IMG/VR virus record: IMGVR_UViG_3300033153_008467
Span: 1 to 57,378 of that record
Strand: one strand, 5' to 3'
DNA length: 57,378 nt
Origin: a virus
Taxonomy: Duplodnaviria; Caudoviricetes
Positions within the stretch are counted from its first letter, which is position 1. Every line of letters starts with the position of its first letter. The position numbers and the translations under genes were made by a program. The notes beneath the pieces were generated by a model. The model saw only the letters and a program-made list of their open reading frames with translations. It had not been told where the DNA came from and searched no databases. Positions 57,060 to 57,378 of the stretch are shown here, piece by piece.

Positions 57060-57234
57060 CACTCTTGCCCTCCTGTCTACGGATCGCGTCGTAGATCTCG
57101 CGGCGGTGGACCGGCACTTCTTTCGGGGCGTCGATGCCGAGACGCACAACTTCGCCCCGGATCTCCACGACGGCGATCATGATGTCGTCGCCGATCACGA
57201 TTTGCTCGTTCTTTTTCCTTGACAGCACCAACAT
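57049..57234 (-). CDS. csrA: carbon storage regulator CsrA/RsmA
   Basis: [18 protein letters not shown]...[19 protein letters not shown]; SD AAGGAGGA. Confidence 0.95.
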   Translation of the reverse strand: MLVLSRKKNEQIVIGDDIMIAVVEIRGEVVRLGIDAPKEVPVHRREIYDAIRRQEGKSDDA

Positions 57235-57268
57235 CTCTAGTCCTCCTTGATAGTGAAACACCGCCCCT

Positions 57269-57277
57269 ATTATAGCA
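57269..57277 (-). promoter_or_regulatory. extended -10 promoter upstream of csrA/packaging operon
   Basis: TGCTATAAT on the minus strand about 35 nt upstream of the csrA start. Confidence 0.55.
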
Positions 57278-57378
57278 CACGCCGGCCGATCCGACGAAGG
57301 TACTCCTGCTGCACGCCTCGTCGTTCAGCTCATAAGATCGCTTCCTGCGGGCAGTCGTCCCGGTGCGCCGAATGCGAT

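Overview
The window is about 57 kb of a GC-rich tailed phage or prophage (siphovirus-like, HK97-type head). A Planctomycetota-like host is inferred, mainly from the style of its CsrA. The minus strand carries, from right to left: csrA, a ParB / methyltransferase-like / three-Cys (DUF5131-like) trio, TerS, TerL, a portal-gpF fusion, protease, major capsid, head-tail genes, tail tube, frameshifted chaperones, tape measure and Cys-rich distal tail genes. This operon runs straight into glycosyltransferase genes. It converges at 15382-15387 with a 15 kb plus-strand operon of glycosyl-, sulfo- and methyltransferase-like genes, an epimerase and a deacetylase, with no recognisable export genes. Five things stand out: (1) a 364-aa intein in the portal-gpF gene whose putative endonuclease (3x HTH plus a DUF559/Vsr-like domain) is encoded on the opposite strand; (2) a solo TnpB sitting between the RBS and ATG of the tail tube gene, with a left end that rebuilds the RBS and resembles its own guide; (3) a ~750-nt cluster of stem-closed structured RNAs, two of them tRNA-like; (4) a ~25-gene glycan-building and decorating system, probably for the virion; (5) small accessory genes flanked by duplicated gene ends. 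All calls come from reading motifs by eye; no searches were run.
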